NCBI RefSeq assembly: GCF_004010195.1
Contig: NC_057719.1
Coordinates: forward strand, 28,567,153 to 28,631,152
From: Chiloscyllium plagiosum
Taxonomy: Eukaryota
Reading direction: 5' to 3'
Length of the DNA: 64,000 bases
Shown here one piece after another: positions 13,450 to 27,504 of this stretch. Each line of letters opens with the position of its first letter. Position 1 is the first letter of the stretch. The translations under genes and the position numbers were made by a program. The notes under the pieces were generated by a model. The model saw nothing but the letters and a program-made list of their open reading frames with translations. It was not told the origin of the DNA and searched no databases.

Positions 13450-16400
13450 TAGGGGGTGGGAACCAGAGCTACAATCAGGTATCAGACGTGCTACCGTTGT
13501 GCCACAAGCAGACGCCCGAATGGGCTGGGAACCAGAGCTACATATCTAAGGGGGTGGGTAGTTGGAGATGGGGCAGTGACAGGATGTAGTGAATCTATCG
13601 GAAAAGGTTTTTCACGTGATGAAACAAAGGAATCAGTTAAAACGTGTGTTTGCTTTAATGCAAAGTGTGTCAGAAATAAGGGTGATGACTTTAGAAGGGG
13701 AGGAGAGTGGATTTGATTGCGATGTAAACGATTATTAAAGGATTGGACACTATGGAGGCAGGAAGCATGTTTCCGCTGGTGGGGGGAGTCCAGAACCGGA
13801 GGACAGAGTTTAAAAATAAGGGGTAGGCCATTTAGAATAGAGTTGAGGAGAAACCTCTTCATCCAGAGAGTGGTGGATATATGGAATGCTCTGCCCCAGA
13901 AGGCAGTGGAGGCCAAGTCTCTGGATAATTCCAAGAAAGAGATGGATAGAGCTCTTAAAATAGTGGAATCAAGGGTCATGGGGATAAGGCAGGAACAGGA
14001 TACTGATTGTCGATCAGCCATGATCATAATGAATGGTGGTGCAGGCTAGAAGGGCTGAATAATCTATTCCTGCACCTATTATCTATTGGCGTTATGGGTG
14101 ACTTCAACTTTCCCAATATTGACTGGAAGTGAAGATGGTTTGGATGGAGCCATTTTTGTCAGATGTGTTCAGGAGGGTTTTTTTACCCAGTAGGTAGACA
14201 GGTCGATGAGGGGAGAGGCTATTTTGTATTTGTACTCAACAATGAGCCAGGACAGGTGTCAGATCTCATTGTGGGAGAACACATTGGTGACAGTGACCAC
14301 AACTGCCTCACATTTACCATAGTCTTGGAGAGGGAAAGAGCAGTTACCAAAGGAAGATATTTAACATGGGGAAAAAGGAAATTATGACACTATCAGACAG
14401 GAGTTGGGAAGTACAAATTGGGAGCAACTGTTCCACAGAAAGGGCACAACAGACATGGAGACTGTTTAAGGAGCAGTGTGCACAAATTTGCTCCTCTGAG
14501 ACAGGCAAGAAAGGGCAAGATTAAGGAGCCTTGAAATGACAACAGAGGAGCTTTACATCAAATGAAAGAAGGAAGCTTACGTAAGGTGAAGGAAACAAGG
14601 ATCTAGCACAGCTTTAGAGGATTACAGGCTTACTAGAAAGGAGCTCAGAAATGGACTGAGGAGAGTCAGGAGGAGGCATGGAAAAGGCTTGGCGGGAAGG
14701 ATTAGGGCGCACCCAAAGAGGCATTTTACTCATACATGAGGAATAAGAGAATGATCAGGGAGAAGGTAGGATCAGTCAGGGATAGCGTAGGGAATTTGTG
14801 CACGGGGTTTGAGCAGATTGGGTTGGGGGGGGGGGGGGGGGGGGGGATCCTTAAAATTAGTTTTTTGCATTCCGTTTACACTAAAGAAGGGGACCTTGTT
14901 GTGAATGAGAACTTTGAGGAGCTGGGAAACAGGCTTGAACAGATCAAGATTGATGAAGTTGATGTGCTGGAAATTTTGGCAAACACTAAGATTGATAAGC
15001 CCCCAGGGCCAGACCAAATTTATCATAGGTTGCTCTGGGAAGCGAGAAAGGAGGTACTCAGCCGCTGGTGATGATCTTTGCTTCCTCGCTCTCCACGGGA
15101 GTCGTACTGGAGGAAAAGAGGAACAACGTTCCTCCAATCAAGGGGAAATTGGGAAATCCCTGGCAATTACAGACCTGTCAGTCAGTCTTACGTCTGTGGT
15201 CAGCAAGGTTTTGGAAAGAATTCTGAGGGATAGGACGTATGACTACTTGGAAAAGCAGAGTGATTAAAGGCAGTCAGCATGGCTTTGTGAGGGGCAGGTC
15301 ATGCCTCTCAAATCTTATTGAGTTCTCTGAGGAGGTAATTAGACAGGTAGAAAAGGTCGAGCAGTGGATGTGGTGGATATGGACTTCAGCAAGGCATTTG
15401 ATAAGGTTCCCTATGGTAGGCTCATTCATAAAATAAGGAGGTATGGGATACAGGGAGATTTGGCCGATTGGATTCAGATTTGGCTGGCTGACAGAAGGCA
15501 GAGAGTGGCTGTAGATGGAAAGTATTCTGCCTGGCGGTCACTGGCAAATAGTGTACCACAGGGCTCTGTTCTTGGGCCTCTGCTCTTTTTAGTCTTTATA
15601 AATGACTTGGATGAGGTGGTTGAGGGGTGAGTTAGTAAATTTGCCAATGACACAAAGGTTGGAGGTGCTGTTGATAATATCAATGGCTATTGCAGGCAGC
15701 AGCGCGACATAGGATGCAGAGCTGGGCTGAGCAATGGCAGATGGAATTCAACCTGGATAAATGCAAAGCAATGCATTTTGGAAGGTCGAACTTGAATGCT
15801 GAATATAGGATTAAAGACGGGATTCTTGGTAGTGTGGAGGAACAGAGGGATCTTCGTGTTCAAGTGCATAGACCCCTCAAAGTTGTTAAGAAAGCTTATG
15901 GTGTTTTGGCTTTCTTAATAGGGGGATCAAGTTTAAGAGCCGTGAGGTTTTGCTGCAGCTCTACAAGACCTTGGTGAGACCACATTTGGAATAGTGTGTC
16001 CAGTTCTGGTCTTTTTTTTTTAGGCAAGATACGGAGGCTTTGGAGAGGCCACAAAGAAAGTTTACCAGGACGTTGCCTGGACTGGAGGGCTTTCCTTACG
16101 AAGAGAGGTTGACTAAACTCGAACTTTTCTCCCTGGAGCGAAGAAAGAAAGAGAGGTGACCTGATCAAGATATACAAGGTAATAAGGGGCATGGATACAG
16201 TCAATAGCCAGAGATTTTCCCCCAGGGCAGGAATGACTGGCACAAGGAGTCATAGTTTTAAGATATTAGGAAGGTGGTATATGGAGACGTCAGAGGTAGG
16301 TTCCTTACACAGAGTTGTGAATGCATGGAATGCATCGCCAGTGGTAGTAGTGGAAGCAGAGTCATTAGGGACATTTAAGCAACTGCTGGACATTTAAGCA

Positions 16401-16535
16401 ACTGCTGGACATGCACATGGACAGCAATGAATTGAGGGGTGCGGAGGTTAGGTAATTTTATTTTAGATTAGGAATAATCCTTGGCACAATTTCATGGGCT
16501 GAAGGGCCTTTCTGTGCTGAACGTTTCTATGTTCT
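13450..16535 (+). mobile_element. CR1 LINE of a second subfamily (endonuclease and RT) with another CR1 3' end nested at about 13720-14087
   Basis: CVCFNAKCVRNK, GDFNFPNI, DFSKAFDKVP and VPQGSVLGP motifs; TTCTATG tail. Confidence 0.82.
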
Positions 16536-17040
16536 GTATTCTAATATATTATTAGCTAGAAGTTCTCAAATCTTTGCAAAGTGGGCATAGAATCTCATTT
16601 TAAAATTTAGTTCAAAAGCCTTCTTAAAATTTAGAAATCCTATACTATGGCAGTGCAGCAGCAGCCTAAATTTTGCACTCAAGTCCTACAACTGACAACT
16701 TTGAGTCAGAGGTGATAGTGCTAAGCCTTTGGTGATCATAACAGCATACGGTAGTTTTAGTATCCAGTTTGTAGTCAAATTAGTCAAAGCACAACAGCCA
16801 CATCCAATAGAGAGAGAGTGTGGGGGAATAGACACAGAATTTTCATCTAATTGACAAAAAATGGCAGTGCTGATAGGCTAGTCAGTACATAGAAATGAAG
16901 AGCAGCGAGAACAACTTGCTTTCAGTCAATAGAATCATCTGAGGGCTCTACAGATACTTGCTCTTCTTAACGTGTTACATTCAAGAGCTTACTTGTGAGT
17001 CTAATAAACCTGTGTGCAGCAACAAGTATTTTCCTATTAC

Positions 17041-17093
17041 CTTTCCAGTTATCTTAAAGGCACAAAACCCAAGGTCTTCATAAGTAGTCAGTG
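17041..17093 (-). CDS. SLC38A6: SLC38A6 exon 4, (A)LTTYEDLGFCAFKITGK
   Basis: 53 nt, CAG/GTAATA boundaries, YEDLG..AF..GK motif, frame continuous. Confidence 0.92.
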
Positions 17094-17719
17094 CTGTGGA
17101 TTTACAAGGGAACAGTTAGTAAAAGAACTAGGTTGTTTCTTCTTCAAAAAAGTAATTTATAAAATTTCATTAGAATAATGCTACTCTTCCTTTCCAGTTC
17201 TCAATTTTTAAAAATAATCCCCACACTATGCTTATCTGATAATAGTAAGCAAGTGCCCTATGAACTTTAAAAGAATAGATATTAAATACTTAGCAAAATA
17301 AATTTAGTCATTACTTTTACAAAACACCTTGTCAGGATGTCAGTGTCACTGGTTATGCCAGTATTTATTGCCTGTGACTAATTGCCCACAGGACAGTTAA
17401 GAATCCCTGTGCTTTCTGGGGTTAAATGCAAGGCAGATCACATAAGGATGGCAATATCCATCTCGAAATGAAAAATTAGCATTAGTGAACCAGATAGGTT
17501 TCCTTTCCAAAAAGGAAACTGGTCATCATTAGAGTCTGTTAATTTCAGATGCCTTTCAAAAAATTGAATTCCACCATCTACCACAGTAGAATTTGAACCC
17601 AAGTCCCCAGAACATTGCTTGGGTCTCTGGATTAAGTCTAGCCCTAGTGGTGTTATCAGCCCCTAAAGCCACTTATTGAATTTTTTCACCTTGTAAGTGC
17701 AGTTTAAAACTAAACTCAC

Positions 17720-17793
17720 CAGTTTGTTCGCACAACACGAGCAGCAAATGAACTGAATATGCAGCCGTAACAGCAACAAACAGCAATAAGAGA
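17720..17793 (-). CDS. SLC38A6: SLC38A6 exon 3, (S)LLLLFVAVTAAYSVHLLLVLCEQT
   Basis: 74 nt, AG/GT boundaries, phase 2 to 1, SLC38 TM2 motif YSVHLLL. Confidence 0.92.
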
Positions 17794-18715
17794 CTGCAGG
17801 ATTAAAACAAAGCAGTATATACACTCAGATTGATTAATGATAATTTATTGTAGTAAACATTGCCATATTTTCTCTATCTAAACTGCAGCTGGATATCCAG
17901 GTGTTGAATGAAGCAATACTATGTTAGGATTGACAGGAGGAACAAAAATAACTACCATGCTATGCTGCCTTAAACAACTTTAAGCCATCCTCAATGGTTT
18001 CTATTGAATTAATAGATTTTTCAGTTTCCACACGATGATTTTTTCCAAAAACAGTTTGGGGCCTGGCTTTGGTATTAATAGTTGTTTTGTGTACACATTG
18101 GAAGGTTTTAATACTGAACAAGATGCACAAGCTCTAGTTTTAAAGGTCAGGAGAGGTTTTTGCTTAAAAGCTCAAGAAAATACCAATAGTTGAGAGAGTT
18201 TAAAAGTTTTTCCTTTGTTTTTAAGCAACTCTGAAGTCCTTCGATGAAAGTGCTGGAAAAGATCAGCACTCCTGAGAAAGGAATGTTATATCGTGCAATG
18301 GATCACCTTAGAGAAGAGTTAAGCCTGACTAAAAGCATAGAGATAAACCCCTGAATAAGTTACTTCAAGATGACATTTGCTATCAAGTGTACAAACTTCT
18401 CCTTGGAGCTATATCTGCACTTCCAGTCAAGCTATGGTCACAAGTTCAACTATTGAGATGTTAGAAGCAGGAACTCTGGTGAAAGTACTGTATGGCATTT
18501 TTACGTATTAAACAAAATACGTGTCTTGGATGCTCTACAAAAGCTGTTGATGTTCTGTTCAATTTATAAAAAGGTGCTTGGGACAAGATTATACTTTTAC
18601 TGTGCACCTAATCCTTGTGCTACAAGTAGATCATTGTTTCTTCTTATTCTCATTTCTTATTATAAAATTTGTTTTACAAGTCTGCAACATTGTGGGTTTG
18701 TGTTGTAGCCATTAC

Positions 18716-18910
18716 AGACAAAAAAAAAATCTACAGATGCTGGAATCCAAAGTAGACAAACAGAAGGCTGAAAGGAGGGTTACCCCTGAAACGTTGACTT
18801 CACCTCCTGATATGGCCTGGCTTGCTATGTTCTTCCAGCCTTCTGTTTGTCTACAAGAACATAGCCAACGTTTCAGGGGAAACCCTCCTTTCAGCCTTCT
18901 GTTTGTCTAC
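18716..18910. mobile_element. Rearranged Penelope-like pLTR fragment with a 45-bp inverted repeat
   Basis: 18752-18796 is the reverse complement of 18866-18910 (44/45); homologous to the element at 52945. Confidence 0.7.
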
Positions 18911-20253
18911 TGTGTTGCATCAGTTTGATGCTGCATTAGATCCAAATGTGTGCGTTCTTGTTTTAACAAGCCAGGTTTCAGCCTGAATCTGAAATATCAG
19001 TGATAACATCAGTTGGGTTCGTAAATGAAGTGTTAAAAAACAAACATTAATTGTCAGTTAGTACATAGGCTATGAACAAAACTATCAACAGTAACATTTT
19101 AAATTCATTCACAGGTTGTGGACATTGTTCATGTCCAGTTGGCGTTGAGGTGGTGGTAGTCAGCTGCCTTCTTGAACTGTTGTAGTCCATGTGGTGTAGG
19201 CAGATCCACAATGCTGTTGGGAAAGGATTTCTAGGATTTTGACAAGGTGACGTCAAAAAGGAGAGATATTTCCAAATCTGGTTGGTGGGTGACTTGCAGG
19301 GGAACTCGCAAGTGATATCCCCATCTATTAGTTGCCGTGATCCTTCTAGATAGTAGTGGTTAAGGGTTTGGAAGGTGCTGTTTATAGGAGCTTTAGTGAA
19401 TTTCTGCATCGCATAGATGGTACATACTGCTGTTTGAGGGAGTGAGTGGATGGATGGATGTGATGCCAACCAAGTTGCTTTGTTTTGGATGGCGTCAGAC
19501 TTAGTGTTGTTGGAGCTACACTCATCCAGGCAGTGGGGGAGTATTCCATCATACGCCTGACTTGTGCCTTTTAGATATTAGACAGGCATTGGGGAGTCAG
19601 GAGGTCTTATATTAAGATAGCACAGTTAATGGAGTAATTTGATCTAAGTTGTTTGGCAGAACCTTTGTAAAAATTGACAGCAGTCCATAAAATGATATTA
19701 GTGCACACTTGGCCATACATTTATTTTAAAGAGTATTTTAAAACAATGTGGGATGGCAGAACACTTCAAGGAGCAAATCTCAGGTTTGGGCCTTAGTAGC
19801 TACAAAACCGGATTAAAACTCAGGAAAGTACAAAGGCCAGATGAAGTATGAAGTGCAGGTATTTAAATGTTTTAGAACTAGAGAAAATGAGAGAGTAAGG
19901 AAAGACAAAGTTATGACGGGATTTGCAAATGAAGAGACATTGCTTAATCAGGAGCCAACGTAGATAAACAAACACAAGATGCATGAATGAGTGTGCAAAT
20001 TCAGGCAGTTTTAAACTTCTACAAGCATACACATGTTGGAAGATGGGAACATGTTTGAGCTCAAGTGGAGAAGCAACAAAAAGGTATACTAACTTGAATT
20101 TCATTGTAATTATTTGGGTTCTTCATTTAAGAATCAGATCTTTCTAAGATTCAAAGAGAGTTCCTGTATCTTTAGAGGGTCTGTTTATGGGCAAACAACT
20201 TGGGATGTCAACTGATTAAAACACATCAAGTGCAACGATGTCTTGCTTTCTTA

Positions 20254-20481
<228 letters not shown>

Positions 20482-23400
20482 CTAACTACAGCATGTTCAC
20501 TATAAATGATAAAAGCTTCTGCTCAAAGGTTGTGGGCTAAATAGGCGTTCGCTCTCCATAGATGTTGTCCAACTTGCACATTTCAAGCATTTAATTGTTT
20601 TCAGAATTTTAGCTTTTAATAAAACTGTTTAACCGAATTGTTTCTTAAAAAAAAAATCATGTCTCATTGCATCAAATGGGCTAAAGGAATAAAAGCTAAT
20701 ATAAAAATGGTTGAAGTATATGACTATACACTGACATTTGCAACATACGTGTTGCCAAATTAATTTGGGGTGGGCTGCAATGTATATGAAGAAGAGCCAC
20801 TTGACCAAACTACATCATTTAAAATTTCCTTACTGATTCATAAAGATAAAATTAGGATAGAAACCGCCTGCGTTGTGCTGGTAGATAGTTTCACTGCACG
20901 TACACATTCCCAACCTTTGTACTGAAATCAGGAAGCCACTATTTCAGTATTGGCTGGGCTTTGGATACACTGATTACATGATATCACTATGTTAAGTTTT
21001 ACAAAACCAAATATTTGATACTTTGGTTATGAATCCTTATGAAACAAATTGCCAAATCAATTGACTACAGAATGTAGATTTTGAACAACATTTTTCCAAT
21101 GCAATATAGAAAGAAGTTTTGAACAACTCTATTTAAAAAGAGTGTATTAATTCAGCAGGCATTAGTACAACTATTCATTTTTGTTCATCTTTCTCAAAAA
21201 GCACTTAGTTCAATCATTATGTTCATTCTGCACTCTTCTCAGTCATTCATAATGGCATTTCCTCCCTCCCTCAGAGGCATTCCTATGGATGCAATCTTGA
21301 AGCAAATGGGATTGCTTGACCCAAATTTCTGGATTTCAGAAGACACCAGAATGTTAATGATATATTAAACACTAACGAATAGCTTTAGTCAAATGAAACA
21401 ATCATGCATTGCTTCCATGCAAAAATAAAGGGCTCACAAATACTTTAGGATGCATCACATATACTTACATATAGTAATACAGCTGCAGTACTATATATAA
21501 AAAAGGGAAGGAAGAAATCATTGTAAAATTAATGAAATTCTACTTGAAAGTAATGATTCATGTGTAAGGAAATTTACTGTGCATATTACCTGCCCACGAG
21601 CAGAGAATGTTTACAAAATAATCTGGATGAGACAAAGCTTGTAAAAAGCTATTGGCAGGAAATCAATCATGATCAGCCTGCAACTGTAAAGGAAAGTAGT
21701 TAAAATACATTAAAAAGAATAGAATCAGAATGATATTACAGAGGTGGTTATTTGGTGTTTTGACCCTGTTCGCTCTCCATGGTAGTAGTACAATACAAGT
21801 CTCTAGATTCACTTAACAAGGTTCAATGGTTAGAGTAGTGTACAAGAAGAGGTCTACAAAGTAGGTGTATATTGCCTTGCATGTAGACGGTTAAGGAGTG
21901 CCTTGATCGACATTTAAGAATTTTGAAAGGAATTGATAGGGTAAAGAAACAAACTTCTGGGATTGCAAGGAAGTCTAGGACAAGAGGATGTAACCTTAAA
22001 ACTAGACTAGGCTGTTCAGAAAAAAAGTTAAGAAACTTCTATGAAGGATGGCAAAAGTCTAAAAATACTTCATCCTACAAAAGAAACGCAGTAGGCACAG
22101 CTCAATTTTAGAAGCTGAGAAACTAATTTTTCTTAGGCAAGGAGGTTTAAAAAGAACCAAGTCACAATCTCACTGAACAGGATAAATCAAATCATTCAAA
22201 AGGCTGAATGGTCTTCTCCTGCTGCTATTTTTAAAAGACTTGACAAATACAATGTAAAGCATGTTGGGTTTAGTTCTATGATCTGTAAAACCTCACAGTT
22301 AAACTAAAATCAATGGTTAGAACGTGGTATCCTCGTTTCGATTCCCCACTTTAGAAAATATTAGTTAATAGATAAGGACAGGCTAAACTTTAGGGGGCTT
22401 CAATGATCTTTCCAGTAGATCAGAGGTTAATCACTGTTTGAGGTGCCTAAAAAAACCATAGGTGAGGTCATTAGTGAGAAAGCCATCTAAAATGCTGCTT
22501 GGTGAACCATTAACTAGATCAGCAAAATAGGATGAGAAACAAAGTGTCAGAAATTCTCTGCAAGTCTGCAGCCTTGGTTGAGGGGGAAGACAATAACATT
22601 TCAAGTTCAGCCTGAAACATAAGTTTTTCACCTCAAAAGATGCCTGACCTGAGAATTTCCCGCATTTTGTTTTTCTCAGACTTTTAAAAATCTGAAGTAC
22701 TCGGTCTATGCGTCACTACATCTGTACATCCAATTAAGGTAAGAGTTTGTAAAAAAAAATTCATAAGACTCAGAGCTAGGCTTGGATTTTTGGTCACAAG
22801 CATAAGCTTATTATTTAGATTCAAGGGGACAAACTAAGTACAATCCTTAAAAATAATGGAATGAAAATATTGAAAAATATTGTATAATAATTTTCAAAAA
22901 TGATCCTCCTACCACTCATTCCAACTGATCATAACCAGCTCACCCCACAACTTATCACCAAACATCTTAAAAGGTAATTTGGATGGAGTTTAACAATGTT
23001 ACTAGCCAACCAATTCCTGACATGTCAAAAGGTTGCCTACCATTAAAGATTGGCCCAAGATTCTCCTAGGATAAGATATGGATTGAATGAGCATTGCTGA
23101 CAGATGATGCTAATTTGGAAAACCGGGAAGAGTTTGTTTGGAGAGACTGCAAATTGCAAGTTATCAGATAGGTTTGGAGGATGGTTCAGAGGACTGAGAG
23201 TAAAAGTTGATTGTGGATGATGTCTAGGCTTTAAGCTATAACTGGGTGTTCAAAAAAAAAGAGGGGTAACAAATGACATGGATTGGATGTGGAAACCAAC
23301 ATTTTGTTGCATCTCTGAATGACTGAGTTAAAAGGGAAGAGAATTAGAATGCTCACAGACAAATCCAGGAGAAAGTAATTAAACCTATTACGCAGGTATA

Positions 23401-24882
23401 GCAAGTCATTAGGAAGGCAAACAGAAGGTCATCATTTATAGCAAGGGTGATAGAATATAAAAAAAAGGAAAGCATTGGCAAGACCACATCTACAATGAAA
23501 CAGAATATAAAGTAGGCAATTTGGTCCATCAAGTCTGCTGTGTCATTCAATAGGATCACAGCTAATCCACAATCAACTCCATACTCCTACTCTTTTCCAT
23601 TTGTGTTGATGTCTTTCATATGTAGAAAGCTCTCTTCTTGAATATATTCAATTACTCAGCCTCAAAGCCAGAGGTGGTAGAGATTGCCACAGATTCACGA
23701 CCACTAGTGAAGAGGCTTTTCATTTCAGATCTAAATGGCTTACCCCATATCTTGAGAATGATTCCTTGTGGGAGGAACAAAGGTACAGGAGCTGACCAGT
23801 AGGTTCATCAGGCTTGACCTACCATTGCAGATCAAAGTTGATCAATACCATTTTCCTACCTGTCATGAACTTGCTGAATAATTGAACTTCCCACCCTCGG
23901 AGAGAGAATTACAATGACTCACCATAGAGTGAAAAAAATTCCTCCTGGTCTCAGTCTTAAAGATACTACACTTATCCTGAGATTACATCCCTTGATTACA
24001 GATAAACAAACCAGGGATCCATCCTATCTATAGACAACCAGTATCATCCTGTAAGAATTTTGGAAGTTTCAGTGGGATCACCTCAATTTTCAACACTTGA
24101 GAATACAGACCAATTTCCTCAATCTCTGGTGAGGATTTCACCATCCTACATATTTACTTTTGTACTCAAATCCTCTTGAAATGAATGCCAACATATCATT
24201 TTACAAATACGTTTGAGTAATTTGAAGGTTAAATGATAAGGTGAGTCAGTGATAATGTCACTGTGCTAAACATCCACAGATCAAGCCTGAAGTTTGAGGG
24301 ACATTGGTTCAAATTCCACCATGGAAGCTGGTGAAATTGTAATTCACTAAATCTGGAATCAAATGACTACCATAAACCACTTAGTTGTCATAAAAACATA
24401 TCACTAATAGACTTTAAAAGGGATTCTGCTGTCCCTTCTCATTCCATGCAAGGTTTCAAATGCTAGCTTTTAGTGACTCATGAGTAAAGACATCCAGATC
24501 CTGAAAACACACACACACTTCCCAACTTTTCACTATTTAAGAAATATTCTGCCCACCTCCATTTACAAACTTTGTCGCAGATACAGCACCAGTAGTAGAC
24601 TGAAGCATTTCACTTAAGTAGCTGATCTACCCCCAGGTCAGAAGAACCTTCCTTTACTAGTTCATCCAGTGGAAAGAAGTTAAATGCAATCGACAGACCA
24701 TACTTTTAGAAAGAACTTGACAACTCACCAAATAACTTACATCATGCACCACACCCCCACTCCAAGACAGAGGAAACATCATTCCTGCAGTTTCAAAAAT
24801 GTATATATTTCAAATGACACCCCCTCATTATCCTGAAGAGACTTTATACCAAAGCATACTGCAGCTCTGAAGTTCTATACTT

Positions 24883-25206
24883 CTAGATTAGTAGAGATTC
24901 CCTACAGTGTGGGAACAGGCCCTTCGGCCCAACAAATCCACACCAACCCTCTGAAGAGCAACCCACCCAGATTCATTTCCCTACATTTACCCCGACTAAT
25001 GTACCTAACACTACGTGCAATTTAGCATGGCCAATTCACCTAATCTGCATATCTTTGGACAGTGGGAGGAAACCGGAGCAACCAGAGGAAACCCACGCAG
25101 ACACGGGGAGAACGTGCAAACTCCACACAGATCGGTGCCAGAGGTGGGAATTGAACCCAGGTCCCGAGCGCTGTGAGGCAGCAGTGCTAACCACTGAGCC
25201 ACCGTG
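24883..25206 (-). mobile_element. HE1-type SINE
   Basis: Full tRNA-like head and AATCT-type tail on the minus strand. Confidence 0.9.
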
Positions 25207-25419
25207 TTACTAAAAGGCAGACCTTTTCATCATGCCCCCAATAGTTCATGAGATCTTTCACCACAAGCAGCTGACAGAAACTTAATGACTTAAAAAGGCA
25301 ATAGGACAATTTTTTAAATAGAGAAACATAAAAGGATCAGCAAAATTGGGATACAGAATACAGGGGTAAAATTGACACAAGAAGCTGAACCACCTAATCG
25401 TGTACAATAACGAAACGCA

Positions 25420-26896
25420 TAAAAGTGGATAAATCCCTGGGACCTAAGCAGCCATACTCTAGAACTCTGTGGGAAGCAATTGCTGGGCCTCCTACTGAGA
25501 TATTTGTATCATTGATAGTCACAGGTGAGATGCCAGAAGACTGGAGGCTGGCTAATGTGGTACCACTGTTTAAGAAAAGATGGCAAGGACAAGCCAGGCA
25601 ACTATAGACCAGTGAGCTTAAAGTCAGTAGTGGGCAAGTTGTTGGAGAGAATCCTGAGGGACAGGATGTGCATGTATTTGGAAAGGCAAGGACTGATCAG
25701 GAATAGACAACATGGCTTTGTGCGTGGGAAATCATGCCTCACAAACTTGATTTGAGTTTTTTGAAGAAGTAACAAAGAAGATTGATAAGGGCAGAGCGGT
25801 AGATGTGACCTATATGGACTTCACCAAGACATTTGACAAGGTTTCCCATGGGAGACTGATTAGCAAGGTTAGATCTCATGGAATACAGGGAGAATTAGCC
25901 ATTTGGATATAGAACTGGCTCAAAGGTAGAAGACAGGTTGGTAAGTGGAGGGCTGTTTTTCAGACCGGAGGCCTGTGACCAGTGGAGTACCACAAGGATC
26001 GGTGCTGGGTCCACTACTTTTCATCATTAATATAATGATTTGGAGGTGAGCATAAGTATAGTTAGCAAGTTTGCAGAGGACACCAAAATTGGAGGTGTAG
26101 TGGTCAGCAAAGGTTACAACGGGATCTTGATTAGATAGGCCGATGGGCTGAGAAGTGGCAGATGGAGTTTAATTTAGGTAAATGGGAGGTGCTGCATTTT
26201 GGGAAATCCAATCTTAACAGGACTTATACACTTAATGGTCAGGTCCTAGGGAGGGTTGCTGAACAAAGAGACCTTGGAGTGCAGGTTCATAGCTCCTTGA
26301 AAGTGGAGTCGCAGGAAGATAGGACAGTGAAGGCAATGTTTGGTATGCTTTCTTTTATTGGTCAGAGTATTGAGTACAGGAGTTGGGTGGTCATGTTGCG
26401 ACTGTCCAGGACATTGGTTAGGCCACTGTTGGAATATTGCATGCAATTATGGTCTCCTTCCTATGCAAAGATGTTGTGAAACTTGAAAGGGTTCAGAAAA
26501 CATTTACAAGGATGTTGCCAGGGTTGGGAGGATTTGAGCTATAGGGAGAGGCTGAATAGGCTAGGGCTGATTTCCCTGGAGCACTGGAGGCTGAGGGGTG
26601 ACCTTATAGAGGTCTATTAAAAGCTGAGGTTTAGGGTGAGAGGGAAAGATATGAGAGAGATCCAAGGGGCAACGTTTTCACATAGATGGTAGTAAGTGTA
26701 TGGAATGAGCTACCAGAGGAAGTGGTGGAAGCTAGTACAATTGCAACATTTAACAGTATCTGGATGGGTATATGAATAGGAAGGGTTTGGAGGGCCAGGT
26801 GCTGGCAGGTGGGACTAGATTGGGTTGGGATAGCTGGTCAGCATGGATGAGTTGGACTGAAGGGTCTGTTTCCATGTTGTACATCTATGACTGTAT
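25420..26896 (+). mobile_element. CR1 LINE, RT to 3' end
   Basis: PEDWRLANVVPLFKK and QHGFVRGKSCLTNLI motifs. Confidence 0.9.
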
Positions 26897-27124
26897 AGTT
26901 TGAGAGTGACAAGTGTTTCACTAGAATTGAGCACAGGAAGTAATTTTTAAAAATGGCACAGAATTAGCATTGTTGCCCTTTATGCAATCTCTTGATTTGG
27001 CTGAGAAAAGGTCAGTGCTGAAGTTTTCATACACGGTGGATCAAATGCAAACTGGAGTCACCTGACACCTGTACATAATCCACAAAAATCAAGATGGGGA
27101 GAAAGATCAGACTCATTTAAGTAG

Positions 27125-27504
27125 AGGTGACCTTATAGAGGTTTGCAAAATTATGAGGGGCATGGATAGGATAAATAGGCAAAGTCTTTCCCCTGGGGTC
27201 AGGGAGTCCAGAACTAGAGGGCATAGGTTTAGGGTGAGAGGGGAAAGATATAAAAGAGGCCTAAGGGGCAGCTTTTTCACACAGAGGGTGGTAAGTGTAT
27301 GGAATGAGCTGCTGGAGGATGTGGTGGAGGCTGGTAAAATTGCAACATTTAAGAGGCATTTGGATGGGCATATGAATAGGAAGTGTTTGGAGGGATATGG
27401 GCCAGATGCTGGCAGGTGGGACTAGACTGGGTTGGGATATCTGGTCAGCATGGACAGGTTGGACCCAAGAGTCTGTTTCCATGCTGTACATCTCCATGAC
27501 TCTA
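27125..27504 (+). mobile_element. CR1 3' end
   Basis: Near-identical to the 3' ends at 1190-1565 and 42780-43157. Confidence 0.9.

Noticed and set aside
14826..14846. Long G run (and C run near 50876) as a functional G-quadruplex
   Set aside because: Homopolymer expansions in repeat-derived or unannotated sequence with no supporting context
16369..16412. Short tandem duplications here, at about 45589-45627 and at about 57024-57065, as a CRISPR-like array
   Set aside because: Each is a two-copy slippage duplication of 19-21 bp with no spacers, in a eukaryotic genome
17922..18716. Possible LTR with TGT...ACA ends
   Set aside because: No matching TSD and no second copy in the window; cannot be supported
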